Assembly: GCA_038207725.1 (NCBI GenBank) | Contig: JBBQZN010000006.1 | Location: forward strand, 4,824-68,823 | Direction: 5' to 3' | Source of the DNA: Bacteroidales bacterium | GTDB taxonomy: Bacteria; Bacteroidota; Bacteroidia; Bacteroidales; VadinHA17 | DNA length: 64,000 nucleotides | Shown here: piece after piece, positions 41,372 through 48,949 of the stretch | Layout of the letters: every line of letters starts with the position of its first letter | Position numbering within the stretch: position 1 is the first letter of the stretch | Program-made: the position numbers and the translations under genes | Notes under the pieces: model-generated | Database searches by the model: none | What the model was told of the DNA's origin: nothing | The model's input: the letters and a program-made list of their open reading frames with translations, nothing else

Positions 41372-43558
41372 TTAGTTGCCTAAATCAAGCTGATTCCTTA
41401 TCAGGTTAAAATATGCCCCTCTGTTGAGAAGAAGAGTCTCATGATTTCCTGTTTCAATTATTCTTCCACTCTCGATAACAATAATTTTGTCAGCATTTCT
41501 TACAGTACTTAACCTGTGTGCTACAATTACAACAGTTTTGCCTTTAAAGAAACCTGCAAGATTTTCAACAATGACTTTTTCATTATTTGCATCCAGCGAA
41601 TTTGTGGCCTCATCGAACAGTATTATTTCCGGATTTTTATACACGACACGTGCAATAAGGATCCTTTGCTTCTGGCCTTCGCTTAAGCCATGGCCGTTAT
41701 TCCCTATTTTAGTATTGAATCCCAGGGGCAAAGATTCAATCAATCCTTTTATATTGGCAATCTCTACTGCCTTTACAAGTTTCTCATCATCAATCTCCTG
41801 AGAGCCCGGTGCTATATTTGCTGCAATTGTATCGGGAAAAAGGAAACCATCCTGCATAACTGCACCTACTTTTTCCCTCCACATTTTCAGGCTTATATTT
41901 GACAAACGTGAATCGCCAATTAAGATCTCACCTCCTACCGGCTGATAAAAGCCGAGAAGAATTTTTAAAAGAGTTGTTTTTCCGCTTCCGCTTGTGCCTA
42001 CAATAGCAGTTACCTTACCTGCTTCAATATGAAGATCAGCATTTTTCAATGCAAAAGCAGAACGTGGTCCCTCGTACTGAAAAGAAAGGTTATTGACATA
42101 TATATCCTTTTTATCAGGAAGTTTACTTATTTTGTTTTCAGGATCTGGCACTTCATTATCCATTTCATGAACTTCAGATAGTCGTGACAGACTCATCCTT
42201 GCATCCTGCGACATTCTGAAGAAGCCTATTATCTGGCTTATTGGTACGTTCATCTGACCAATAATAAACTGAACGGCCAGCATCATTCCAAGTGTCATAT
42301 TTCCTTTCAGCACTGCAGTTGCAGCAACAATTGTAATGAGAACATTTGTAACTTCATTTATAAATGCTGCTCCGGCCGACTGATATTGGATTATACTCAG
42401 ACCTTTGACCTTAAGTTTAAACAAAGAGGCCTGAAGGTTTTCCCAGTCCCACCGCATACTAAGCTCACTTCGCGTCAGCTTTATTTCCTGCATGCCATTA
42501 ATAATGTTGATCAGTTTTGTTCCTGATGCTGACATTTGCTTGAAGCGCAGATTATCAAGATGGGCTCTTGATTTCATGAAAAGAGACACCCACAAAATAT
42601 AGAGAAAAGCACCGGTCAGAAATATCAGCAAAATTTTAAGGCTGAAAATAGCCAGCACAACACTGAATACTACAATATTAAAGAACGAGAACAGGATACT
42701 CAGACTTGCTGAAGTCAGAAATTCTTCAATCCTGTTATTGTCTTCAACACGCTGAAAAATATCACCAGTCAGTTTTGTGTCGAAAAAAGCGACAGGAAGT
42801 GACATCAGTTTCTGAAGGAAACCTGAAACTATGGCGACATTGACCCTTGAGCCAATATGAAGCAGGAGCCAGCCACGAATAAATTCAACAGATAATTTCC
42901 CAAGAAGCAGGGCAAGTTGTGCAAAGAGAATAAGGTAAATAAAGCCAAGATCATTATTATTCAAGCCAACATCAATTACTGACTGAGTCAGAAATGGAAT
43001 AACAAGCTGAATGCAACTTCCAAGAAAAAGTCCAATTAATAGCTGGAATAAATACTTTCTATAAAACCTGAAATATTTAAAAAGAAAGCGGAATCCTCCT
43101 GTTTTTTCCGGTTCAGTAATATTTTCATGAAGCGCGGGAGTCGGTTCAATGATAAGAACAAGTCCGGCAGCTTTTCCTTCAATGGTTGTGGCACCCCACG
43201 ATTTAATAAATTCCTGCACTGAATATGTAATCAATCCCACAGCAGGATCAGCAACCCAAACCTTATTGTTTTTTATTTTATATACAACAATAAAGTGTTT
43301 TTGACGCCAGTGAACAATACAAGGTAATGGCACATTCTCTGACATGACATCAAACGGAATCTTAACACCCAGAGTACGGAATCCTACCGAATCAGCGGCT
43401 TCTGACAGGCCCAGGAAAGATACGCCCTCCTTTGTAATATAGCACCTCCTTCTGAGAGTATCGAGCGAAATGGTTCTTTTGTAAAAACCTGCAATCATCT
43501 TGAGACAAGATGGTCCACAATCCATTGCATCGGGCTGTTTTACAAAAGGGAATGACAT
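41372..43558 (-). CDS. peptidase-C39-domain ABC exporter (PCAT; double-glycine leader processing/export)
   Basis: The N-terminal C39 domain has catalytic Cys (QPDAMDCGPSCLKMIAGFY) and His (CIVHWRQKHFIVVY). There are six TM helices, Walker A GTSGSGKTT, signature LSEGQKQR and Walker B ILFDEATN. The start was set at MSFPFVKQ (ATG at 43558). Confidence 0.9.
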   Translation of the reverse strand: MSFPFVKQPDAMDCGPSCLKMIAGFYKRTISLDTLRRRCYITKEGVSFLGLSEAADSVGFRTLGVKIPFDVMSENVPLPCIVHWRQKHFIVVYKIKNNKVWVADPAVGLITYSVQEFIKSWGATTIEGKAAGLVLIIEPTPALHENITEPEKTGGFRFLFKYFRFYRKYLFQLLIGLFLGSCIQLVIPFLTQSVIDVGLNNNDLGFIYLILFAQLALLLGKLSVEFIRGWLLLHIGSRVNVAIVSGFLQKLMSLPVAFFDTKLTGDIFQRVEDNNRIEEFLTSASLSILFSFFNIVVFSVVLAIFSLKILLIFLTGAFLYILWVSLFMKSRAHLDNLRFKQMSASGTKLINIINGMQEIKLTRSELSMRWDWENLQASLFKLKVKGLSIIQYQSAGAAFINEVTNVLITIVAATAVLKGNMTLGMMLAVQFIIGQMNVPISQIIGFFRMSQDARMSLSRLSEVHEMDNEVPDPENKISKLPDKKDIYVNNLSFQYEGPRSAFALKNADLHIEAGKVTAIVGTSGSGKTTLLKILLGFYQPVGGEILIGDSRLSNISLKMWREKVGAVMQDGFLFPDTIAANIAPGSQEIDDEKLVKAVEIANIKGLIESLPLGFNTKIGNNGHGLSEGQKQRILIARVVYKNPEIILFDEATNSLDANNEKVIVENLAGFFKGKTVVIVAHRLSTVRNADKIIVIESGRIIETGNHETLLLNRGAYFNLIRNQLDLGN

Positions 43559-43677
43559 TACTGAACAGGGAATTAAAAAATGATAGTAAAGATATTTATA
43601 ATTTGATATTGACAATCGGGGTTTAATATAAAATAGGAGCCCCTGGTATATTAAATCCTTTTTGGGTTTGGAAATAG

Positions 43678-43685
43678 TATATTTG
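43678..43685 (+). promoter_or_regulatory. -7 promoter box (TATATTTG) for the ECF sigma gene
   Basis: Exact TAnnTTTG match, 26 nt upstream of the TTG start at 43711. Confidence 0.45.
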
Positions 43686-43710
43686 CGAGGAAAATTCTAT
43701 TTCAAAGGGC

Positions 43711-44277
43711 TTGTTAAATAAGATTTCAGATATTGATATTATCAAAGGGGTGCGCAAACAGGATGTCAAGATCCTGAATTGGCTCTATGATAACTATCTG
43801 CCATCTATAAGGTCATACTTATTTAATAATAGTGGCAATGAACAGGATGCGTCTGATGTTTTTCAAGACACAATAATAATCTTGTATAAGCAGATAAAAG
43901 GCAATAAACTTAAGCTAACAACCGATCTTAAGGGATATTTTTTTGGTATTGCCAGGAATATATGGAGTGAACAGCTCCGGAGAATTGGAAAAACTACTGA
44001 ATTAACTGTCGATTTTCCCGATGCGACTGAACCGGATGAGATAGTTGATCCCGTTATGGAAAGAGTTGTTTCCCGTGCTTTTCTTAAGTTAAAACCGGAT
44101 CAGCAGAAGATCCTTAATCTATACTCTGATGGATTAACTTACGAGAAAATTGCAATAAAAATGAAATTCAAGAATGAAAGTTATGCACGCCGTAAAAAGT
44201 ACCTCAGCAAAGAAGCTCTTCTTGACATTGTAAAAGAAGATCCTGAATATCAGGAATATCTGCGGTTTCTGAAATAG
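43711..44277 (+). CDS. ECF-type RNA polymerase sigma-70 family factor
   Basis: Region 2 (DASDVFQDTIIILYK ... YFFGIARNIWSEQLRR) and region 4 HTH (LTYEKIAIKMKFKNESYARRKKYLSKEAL). The apparent start is TTG, with no in-frame ATG in the N-terminal region. Confidence 0.85.
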   Translation: MLNKISDIDIIKGVRKQDVKILNWLYDNYLPSIRSYLFNNSGNEQDASDVFQDTIIILYKQIKGNKLKLTTDLKGYFFGIARNIWSEQLRRIGKTTELTVDFPDATEPDEIVDPVMERVVSRAFLKLKPDQQKILNLYSDGLTYEKIAIKMKFKNESYARRKKYLSKEALLDIVKEDPEYQEYLRFLK

Positions 44278-47200
44278 ATTACGATAATAACAGCCAAAGC
44301 CACAAATGCAAACACTACCAGCAGAAACATCTTCTTATCATAAAAAAGGGAGGAGTTATCCCCATAAATTACCAGAGTAGCCCAGAAATATGGATGAGAT
44401 CTAAGGTTATCTGCTTTCTTAAGATATTTTATTCTTGCATCTTTCAGGGCTTCACTTTTTGATTTGCCCCGCATCAGGTTATCATAAAAGTACTTTACAA
44501 TCTCAGTACCTGATTTATCCTCTACTTCCCATAAAGACATCACTACAGAAAGACTCCCTGAATACATAAATCCTCTTGCAAGACTTAAAATTCCTTCGCC
44601 AGAAGAGAGTTGCCCATTCCCCGTATTGCATGAGCTTAATACTACCATTCTGGCTTTTGAGGTAGTACCATATAATTCATAGGTCTTAAGATAGCCATCC
44701 TCGATTGTTCCTGACTCCTTATTGAATATCAGAGTTGAATACATAGGATCAGAATCATTCAGAATTGTATGCATCGCCAGATGAATAATGTCATACTTTC
44801 CAGACTCTGCTTTAAAGTTCGATTCGCTTGCCTGTTCATTCAGGTAAACCTTTCCATCAGTAATTTCCGCTACATAAGCGGCTTCCTCCCTGGCATACGG
44901 AAGGTCAGCCAGAAATCCTTCTTCAGCCTGCCGGCTGTTAATTACCTTTCGGATATCGATTGGCTCATAATATTTTGGAGCAAATGCAACCAGCCGGGAA
45001 TCAAAATTAAACCGCCTCTTAACTGCTTCACTCATGAATGTGGCTGAATATGTATATGAAATGTTATAATCATTCATAAGAAAAGGTAACCTTTTATATG
45101 AAAAATCAATTCCGGTTTCATAAGACACCGGCAGCGCTTCAAATGGAATATATGAGAGGATATTATCAGGAGATAATAGCAGATTATCTGAAATAAGAAA
45201 AGGTTTTAGCGGTTTTATGAGCTTATCATATAAAACTAATCCATTTTCAACAAATTTATGGAATGAGAGTCTGGCATTATCCGATTGGCCGGGCTGTGAA
45301 AGCAATAGTCTGAAACTTTTTAATGAGTTAAAGAAAGATGAATCAACAGGTATTGCCATTAAGTTCTGATATTTACGGTTGACTACAAAGATATATAGTA
45401 AAGTATCCGAGGAAATATAGTTTACATAGTTGACATTCCTGCCAACAATGTTAGTAATATCTTTAAGTTCAGCGACTTTAGTATTGTATTTAATTGAATA
45501 ATACTCAGGATATTGCTTCTCGAAAACTAGTATCAGCGAATCTTTCTGTCTGGTTGCTATCAGGAGTCTTTCCCTGAGATTTTTAAGGTATTCAGGGTCT
45601 GGCTTGGCTGCTTTAAGATGTTGGCTTATATAATCATTATAGATCCCGATATCTTTCTTAAGGCGTATTTCAAGTTCAGAAACTTCCTCTGGAATCTGAA
45701 ACTGAGAAGCTTTTAATTCCCGTGTTGAAGCCAGTAATCCGGCAACCTTGCTCTTCTCTGAATAGATAAAAGCTTTTTCAAGATATTTCAGCTCAGATGT
45801 ACTTGAGTAAAGAAGATTAAAGTCGCGTATGCAATTCAGATATGAGTCTCTGTATCTGTCACCCAGAATAAGTCTGCTTTCCTCTTCATTAATACTTATT
45901 CTTACTTTTTCAAGAACAGATATTATCAGCTCAGATGTTGAAGCTGCCGCTTCAAGTAAAAGCGGATCATTTTTTCCGGTGTACAAATCCCATAGGATAT
46001 TGTATTTCGCTGCCAGAACACGCAGTGATTTCCTGTCATTTTTTATTTCGCTTACTCCGGAATTTGAAAGAGTACCCGGAGTTTCTCCATCAGTAACTAA
46101 TGAAAAAAGAGCCATTTGAATGATCTCAAGTGCTTTATCTGATCTTCCGGCTTCTGCAAGTGATTGTGCGTAACCCAGATAAATCGATGATCGCAGTTGT
46201 AAATCCCTTTCATTTTTATTAAGATAGTCAATGCACAAATCAAAGTATCTGATTGATTTCAGATTATCAATTTTGTATTCTCTGAGGTAATTGGCATAAT
46301 TAATTACTACCTCAATATACTTACGTGACCCTGCACCATATACTTTTTCTGATTGTATAAGAGCTTTTAGTAATAGGCCCTCCCCTCTTTTTTGGTTTCC
46401 GGCATTACCCAGTATAACTGCATAGCTGTTGATTACATTGTAACTGTTGGTAGTGTTTTGCGATTCAGCAAGATTTAAGGCTTTAACTAAATACTCCTCA
46501 GCCTTTTGAGGTAATTTTAGGTTAATATAAAGGCTTGCAAGTGAATTCAACAAATTTATATAGTCACTGCTATTCGTTAATTTATTCTCAATCAATATCT
46601 GTTCTGTCTTTTCAAGATAGAGTTTAGCATTTGAAAAATCTGACATTCTGAAATAGCAAACTCCGAGATTATGATATATATAGGTGAGGCTTTTTAATGT
46701 TTCATCTGATGTGTTTTTACCAATTATACCAATAGCATAATTAGATAAAGCGATAACTTCATTATACTTCTGAAGCTCAAGTTTTGCAATTCCAAGATTA
46801 ACATAATTCTCTATCAAAGCAGAATTTGAATCAGACTTAATTTTAGTATCAATATCAATAGACTTCTTAGCAGCAACCTCAAGTCTGTAAAAGTCACCAA
46901 GCTCTGAAATGGCGAAACATAAATTATAATTAGCATTACTATAAAGTATATCAAACCTTTCCATGCTCTCCATTCTGACAATTGCAACACCAAGATATTC
47001 TATTGCTTTATAATTATTTCCGGTTTTCAGATAATATACACCAATATAATAATTTGCCTCACAATATAAGTTATTTGTTATTGCGGTGGATTTAAGCAGA
47101 GAAATCATACGTGGGATGATTATCCCGGCTGGAATAGTATCGTCCCTGAGGAGAAGAACCCGAAGATCTTCAGTCAACGATTTCAATTCAGGACTTTCTG

Positions 47201-47351
47201 CTGCTTGTAAAGAAATGGAGGAGTTGTCTAAGTAAGTATTGTGAGATTCTATTTTTTCAATAAATGAACCATATACCAAAGAAGACTGATTGCACAACTG
47301 GCAATACAGAATTATTGTAAGACAAATAATGGCTCTTTTAATCCAGATCAT
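44250..47351 (-). CDS. secreted, C-terminally membrane-anchored TPR-CHAT protease
   Basis: Signal peptide MIWIKRAIICLTIILYCQLC and many TPR-like repeats over about aa 90-460. The CHAT core carries a His/Cys dyad (DIIHLAMHT ... MVVLSSCNTG) and HPYFWATLVIYGD. The C-terminal TM helix MFLLVVFAFVALAVIIVIYF is followed by RNRRYS. Confidence 0.88.
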   Translation of the reverse strand: MIWIKRAIICLTIILYCQLCNQSSLVYGSFIEKIESHNTYLDNSSISLQAAESPELKSLTEDLRVLLLRDDTIPAGIIIPRMISLLKSTAITNNLYCEANYYIGVYYLKTGNNYKAIEYLGVAIVRMESMERFDILYSNANYNLCFAISELGDFYRLEVAAKKSIDIDTKIKSDSNSALIENYVNLGIAKLELQKYNEVIALSNYAIGIIGKNTSDETLKSLTYIYHNLGVCYFRMSDFSNAKLYLEKTEQILIENKLTNSSDYINLLNSLASLYINLKLPQKAEEYLVKALNLAESQNTTNSYNVINSYAVILGNAGNQKRGEGLLLKALIQSEKVYGAGSRKYIEVVINYANYLREYKIDNLKSIRYFDLCIDYLNKNERDLQLRSSIYLGYAQSLAEAGRSDKALEIIQMALFSLVTDGETPGTLSNSGVSEIKNDRKSLRVLAAKYNILWDLYTGKNDPLLLEAAASTSELIISVLEKVRISINEEESRLILGDRYRDSYLNCIRDFNLLYSSTSELKYLEKAFIYSEKSKVAGLLASTRELKASQFQIPEEVSELEIRLKKDIGIYNDYISQHLKAAKPDPEYLKNLRERLLIATRQKDSLILVFEKQYPEYYSIKYNTKVAELKDITNIVGRNVNYVNYISSDTLLYIFVVNRKYQNLMAIPVDSSFFNSLKSFRLLLSQPGQSDNARLSFHKFVENGLVLYDKLIKPLKPFLISDNLLLSPDNILSYIPFEALPVSYETGIDFSYKRLPFLMNDYNISYTYSATFMSEAVKRRFNFDSRLVAFAPKYYEPIDIRKVINSRQAEEGFLADLPYAREEAAYVAEITDGKVYLNEQASESNFKAESGKYDIIHLAMHTILNDSDPMYSTLIFNKESGTIEDGYLKTYELYGTTSKARMVVLSSCNTGNGQLSSGEGILSLARGFMYSGSLSVVMSLWEVEDKSGTEIVKYFYDNLMRGKSKSEALKDARIKYLKKADNLRSHPYFWATLVIYGDNSSLFYDKKMFLLVVFAFVALAVIIVIYFRNRRYS

Positions 47352-47397
47352 TTAAGAATACCCCGGTTTTAAATCATCAGGTTATAAATATCGGTAT

Positions 47398-47405
47398 CAA
47401 AAATA
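47398..47405 (-). promoter_or_regulatory. -7 promoter box (TATTTTTG) for the TPR-CHAT gene
   Basis: The reverse complement of caaaaata matches TAnnTTTG. It lies 47 nt upstream of the ATG at 47351. Confidence 0.4.
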
Positions 47406-47504
47406 ACATTACCAAATACCCTGATTTCTGTCGTTTTTTACACCCCTGTATATACTTGATATTCAGATTAATGAAAAATAGTTTGAAAATAGTTGGTTTT
47501 TTCG

Positions 47505-47529
47505 TGTCACAAAAAGGCACTTTTTGACA
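47505..47529. promoter_or_regulatory. near-perfect inverted repeat in the CHAT/peptide divergent intergenic region (candidate operator)
   Basis: TGTCACAAAAAG-GCA-CTTTTTGACA has 10-11 bp arms with a 1-nt bulge. It lies 56 nt upstream of the peptide ATG. Confidence 0.35.
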
Positions 47530-47584
47530 TGTAGCAATATAAGACATTAATTTTTTTACAAATTATCCTGAAAAAAAAAAGACT

Positions 47585-47719
47585 ATGAAAACTCTGAATT
47601 TTGAATCAAACGAAATCAATCTTGACAAATTTATTCTTTCATCTGAAGAAATGTTTGCAGTACGTGGCGGCGAATCTGAGCCAATTGTTCTTCCATCAAA
47701 ACCTCCGATCAGAGTTTGA
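47585..47719 (+). CDS. 44-aa double-glycine-leader peptide precursor (not in the ORF track)
   Basis: MKTLNFESNEINLDKFILSSEEMFAVRGG|ESEPIVLPSKPPIRV. The leader fits the LSxxE(L/M)xx(I/V)xGG consensus cleaved by C39 PCATs. The ORF starts at an ATG after an A10 leader, and a PCAT plus HlyD pair lies about 4 kb away. Confidence 0.65.
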   Translation: MKTLNFESNEINLDKFILSSEEMFAVRGGESEPIVLPSKPPIRV

Positions 47720-47738
47720 AAATGGAATATTAAATTTA

Positions 47739-47770
47739 TTATCCTGATAAAGGGATAAACTTTTTTATTT
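47739..47770 (+). terminator. weak hairpin plus T-tract after the peptide ORF
   Basis: ttatcc-tgataaag-ggataa is followed by acttttttattt. The stem is only 6 bp and AT-rich. Confidence 0.3.
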
Positions 47771-47863
47771 GTTATTTCTGTATTATTGGCATTTCCCTGA
47801 ATAGAATATGATTTTATGAGTATCAGGAATCATGCATAAAATATTAATTTTATTTGCAGCTCA

Positions 47864-47942
47864 TACCCCCTTCCCAACCTTCCCCCAGGGGGGAAGGAGC
47901 ACCAAATAAAGCTTTTCCCCTTTGGGGGAAACGGGAAAGGGG
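47864..47942. repeat. about 79-bp GC-rich mini-element, copy 2, flanked by GCTCAT direct repeats
   Basis: TACCCCCTTCCCAACCTTCCCCCAGGGGGGAAGG...TAAAGCTTTTCCCCTTTGGGGGAAACGGGAAAGGGG. The termini are imperfect inverted repeats (CCCCCTTCCC / GGGAAAGGGG), and GCTCAT occurs at 47859-47864 and 47942-47947. Confidence 0.7.
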
Positions 47943-48185
47943 CTCATTTTAAAAATATGAAAGTATTTGTATATTAGCATTATACAAAGAAGGGAGTATT
48001 AAGTTAATCAAATTATTAATCATTGCCGATAGTCATATATGATTTTATACAGTTAAAGGAAACATACATAAATTTGCAGGATTGTTGCTGATACCTATTC
48101 TGGTGCATTAAGTTGGAATTCAGCAGGAATCAGACAGAATCGGATCGTGATCCGGGCAGATAATATTTATTTAATTAATTAAGTT

Positions 48186-48932
48186 ATGGAAACAATTGAT
48201 TTTTCATCTTTCATTGAAAAGTATATTGCCGGAGAGATGAGTAACACAGAACGCAGATGGTTCGAAAAGGAACTTGAAGGTAATGCCAGTTTAAGGCAGG
48301 AAGTCGAACTCAGAAGAACAACCGACAAAATACTTCAGAACAAGGACATACTGTCGCTAAGAGGCAAACTATCGGAGATAGAGAAAAACAGGTCAAAATC
48401 AAAACGTTACATTATGCCTGCTGTACCTGCATTTTATAAATATGCAGCAGCAATAACATTGCTTATAGCTGTTGGAACAATGACATATCAGCCATGGGCC
48501 GACATGAGCAACGAACAGATAATTACGAAGTATTATAGTTCCTATGAGCCACCGGCAGCACAGAGGTCGGCCAACGGCACAACTAACGCACTTTTCAAGA
48601 AAGCCCTTGAGTTATATAGCACGCAGAATTATGAACAAGCTGCTATATTTTTCGCCAGGGTAATAGAGAACAATCCAAAGGATATGCAATCGATGCTGCT
48701 TAACGGGGTTGCAAACTTTGAAAGCAGTAAATATCCCGAGGCCAAACAATCGTTCAATAAGGTAATTGATGATAACAACAACCTTTTTATTGACCAGGCT
48801 GAATGGTATCTGGCATTATGCTATATAAAAACCGGCCAGAATGATAGAGCCAGAGCCCAGTTAACAACAATCAGAGCAGGAGAAGGAATTTATAAGACAA
48901 ATGCCAGAAAGATTCTAAGGAAGTTAAAATAA
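48186..48932 (+). CDS. single-pass anti-sigma-factor-like protein with extracytoplasmic TPR domain
   Basis: The N-terminus FIEKYIAGEMSNTERRWFEKELEGNASLRQEVELRR fits the zinc-less anti-sigma-domain pattern (Y-L/I-x-G-E-L/M-S..E...FE..L). The TM helix YKYAAAITLLIAVGTMTY is preceded by NRSKSKRY. The C-terminus has TPRs (YEQAAIFFARVIENNP..., YPEAKQSFNKVI..., AEWYLALCYIKTGQ). Confidence 0.68.
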   Translation: METIDFSSFIEKYIAGEMSNTERRWFEKELEGNASLRQEVELRRTTDKILQNKDILSLRGKLSEIEKNRSKSKRYIMPAVPAFYKYAAAITLLIAVGTMTYQPWADMSNEQIITKYYSSYEPPAAQRSANGTTNALFKKALELYSTQNYEQAAIFFARVIENNPKDMQSMLLNGVANFESSKYPEAKQSFNKVIDDNNNLFIDQAEWYLALCYIKTGQNDRARAQLTTIRAGEGIYKTNARKILRKLK

Positions 48933-48949
48933 TCTCAATTCATTTTTTT

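Noticed and set aside
40074-43558. PCAT plus HlyD pair interpreted as a classical class II bacteriocin or lantibiotic cluster
   Set aside because: The window has no immunity gene, no modification enzymes and no amphipathic or Cys-containing core peptide. The only GG-leader substrate has a 15-aa hydrophilic Pro-rich core, so a signalling role seems more plausible. A bacteriocin role is still not formally excluded.
43559-43615. Upstream extension of the PCAT ORF (MSISNYKYLYYHFLIPCSV...)
   Set aside because: The C39 domain begins right at MSFPFVKQPDAMDCGPSC. The 19 extra residues have no counterpart in PCATs and lie in promoter-like AT-rich DNA.
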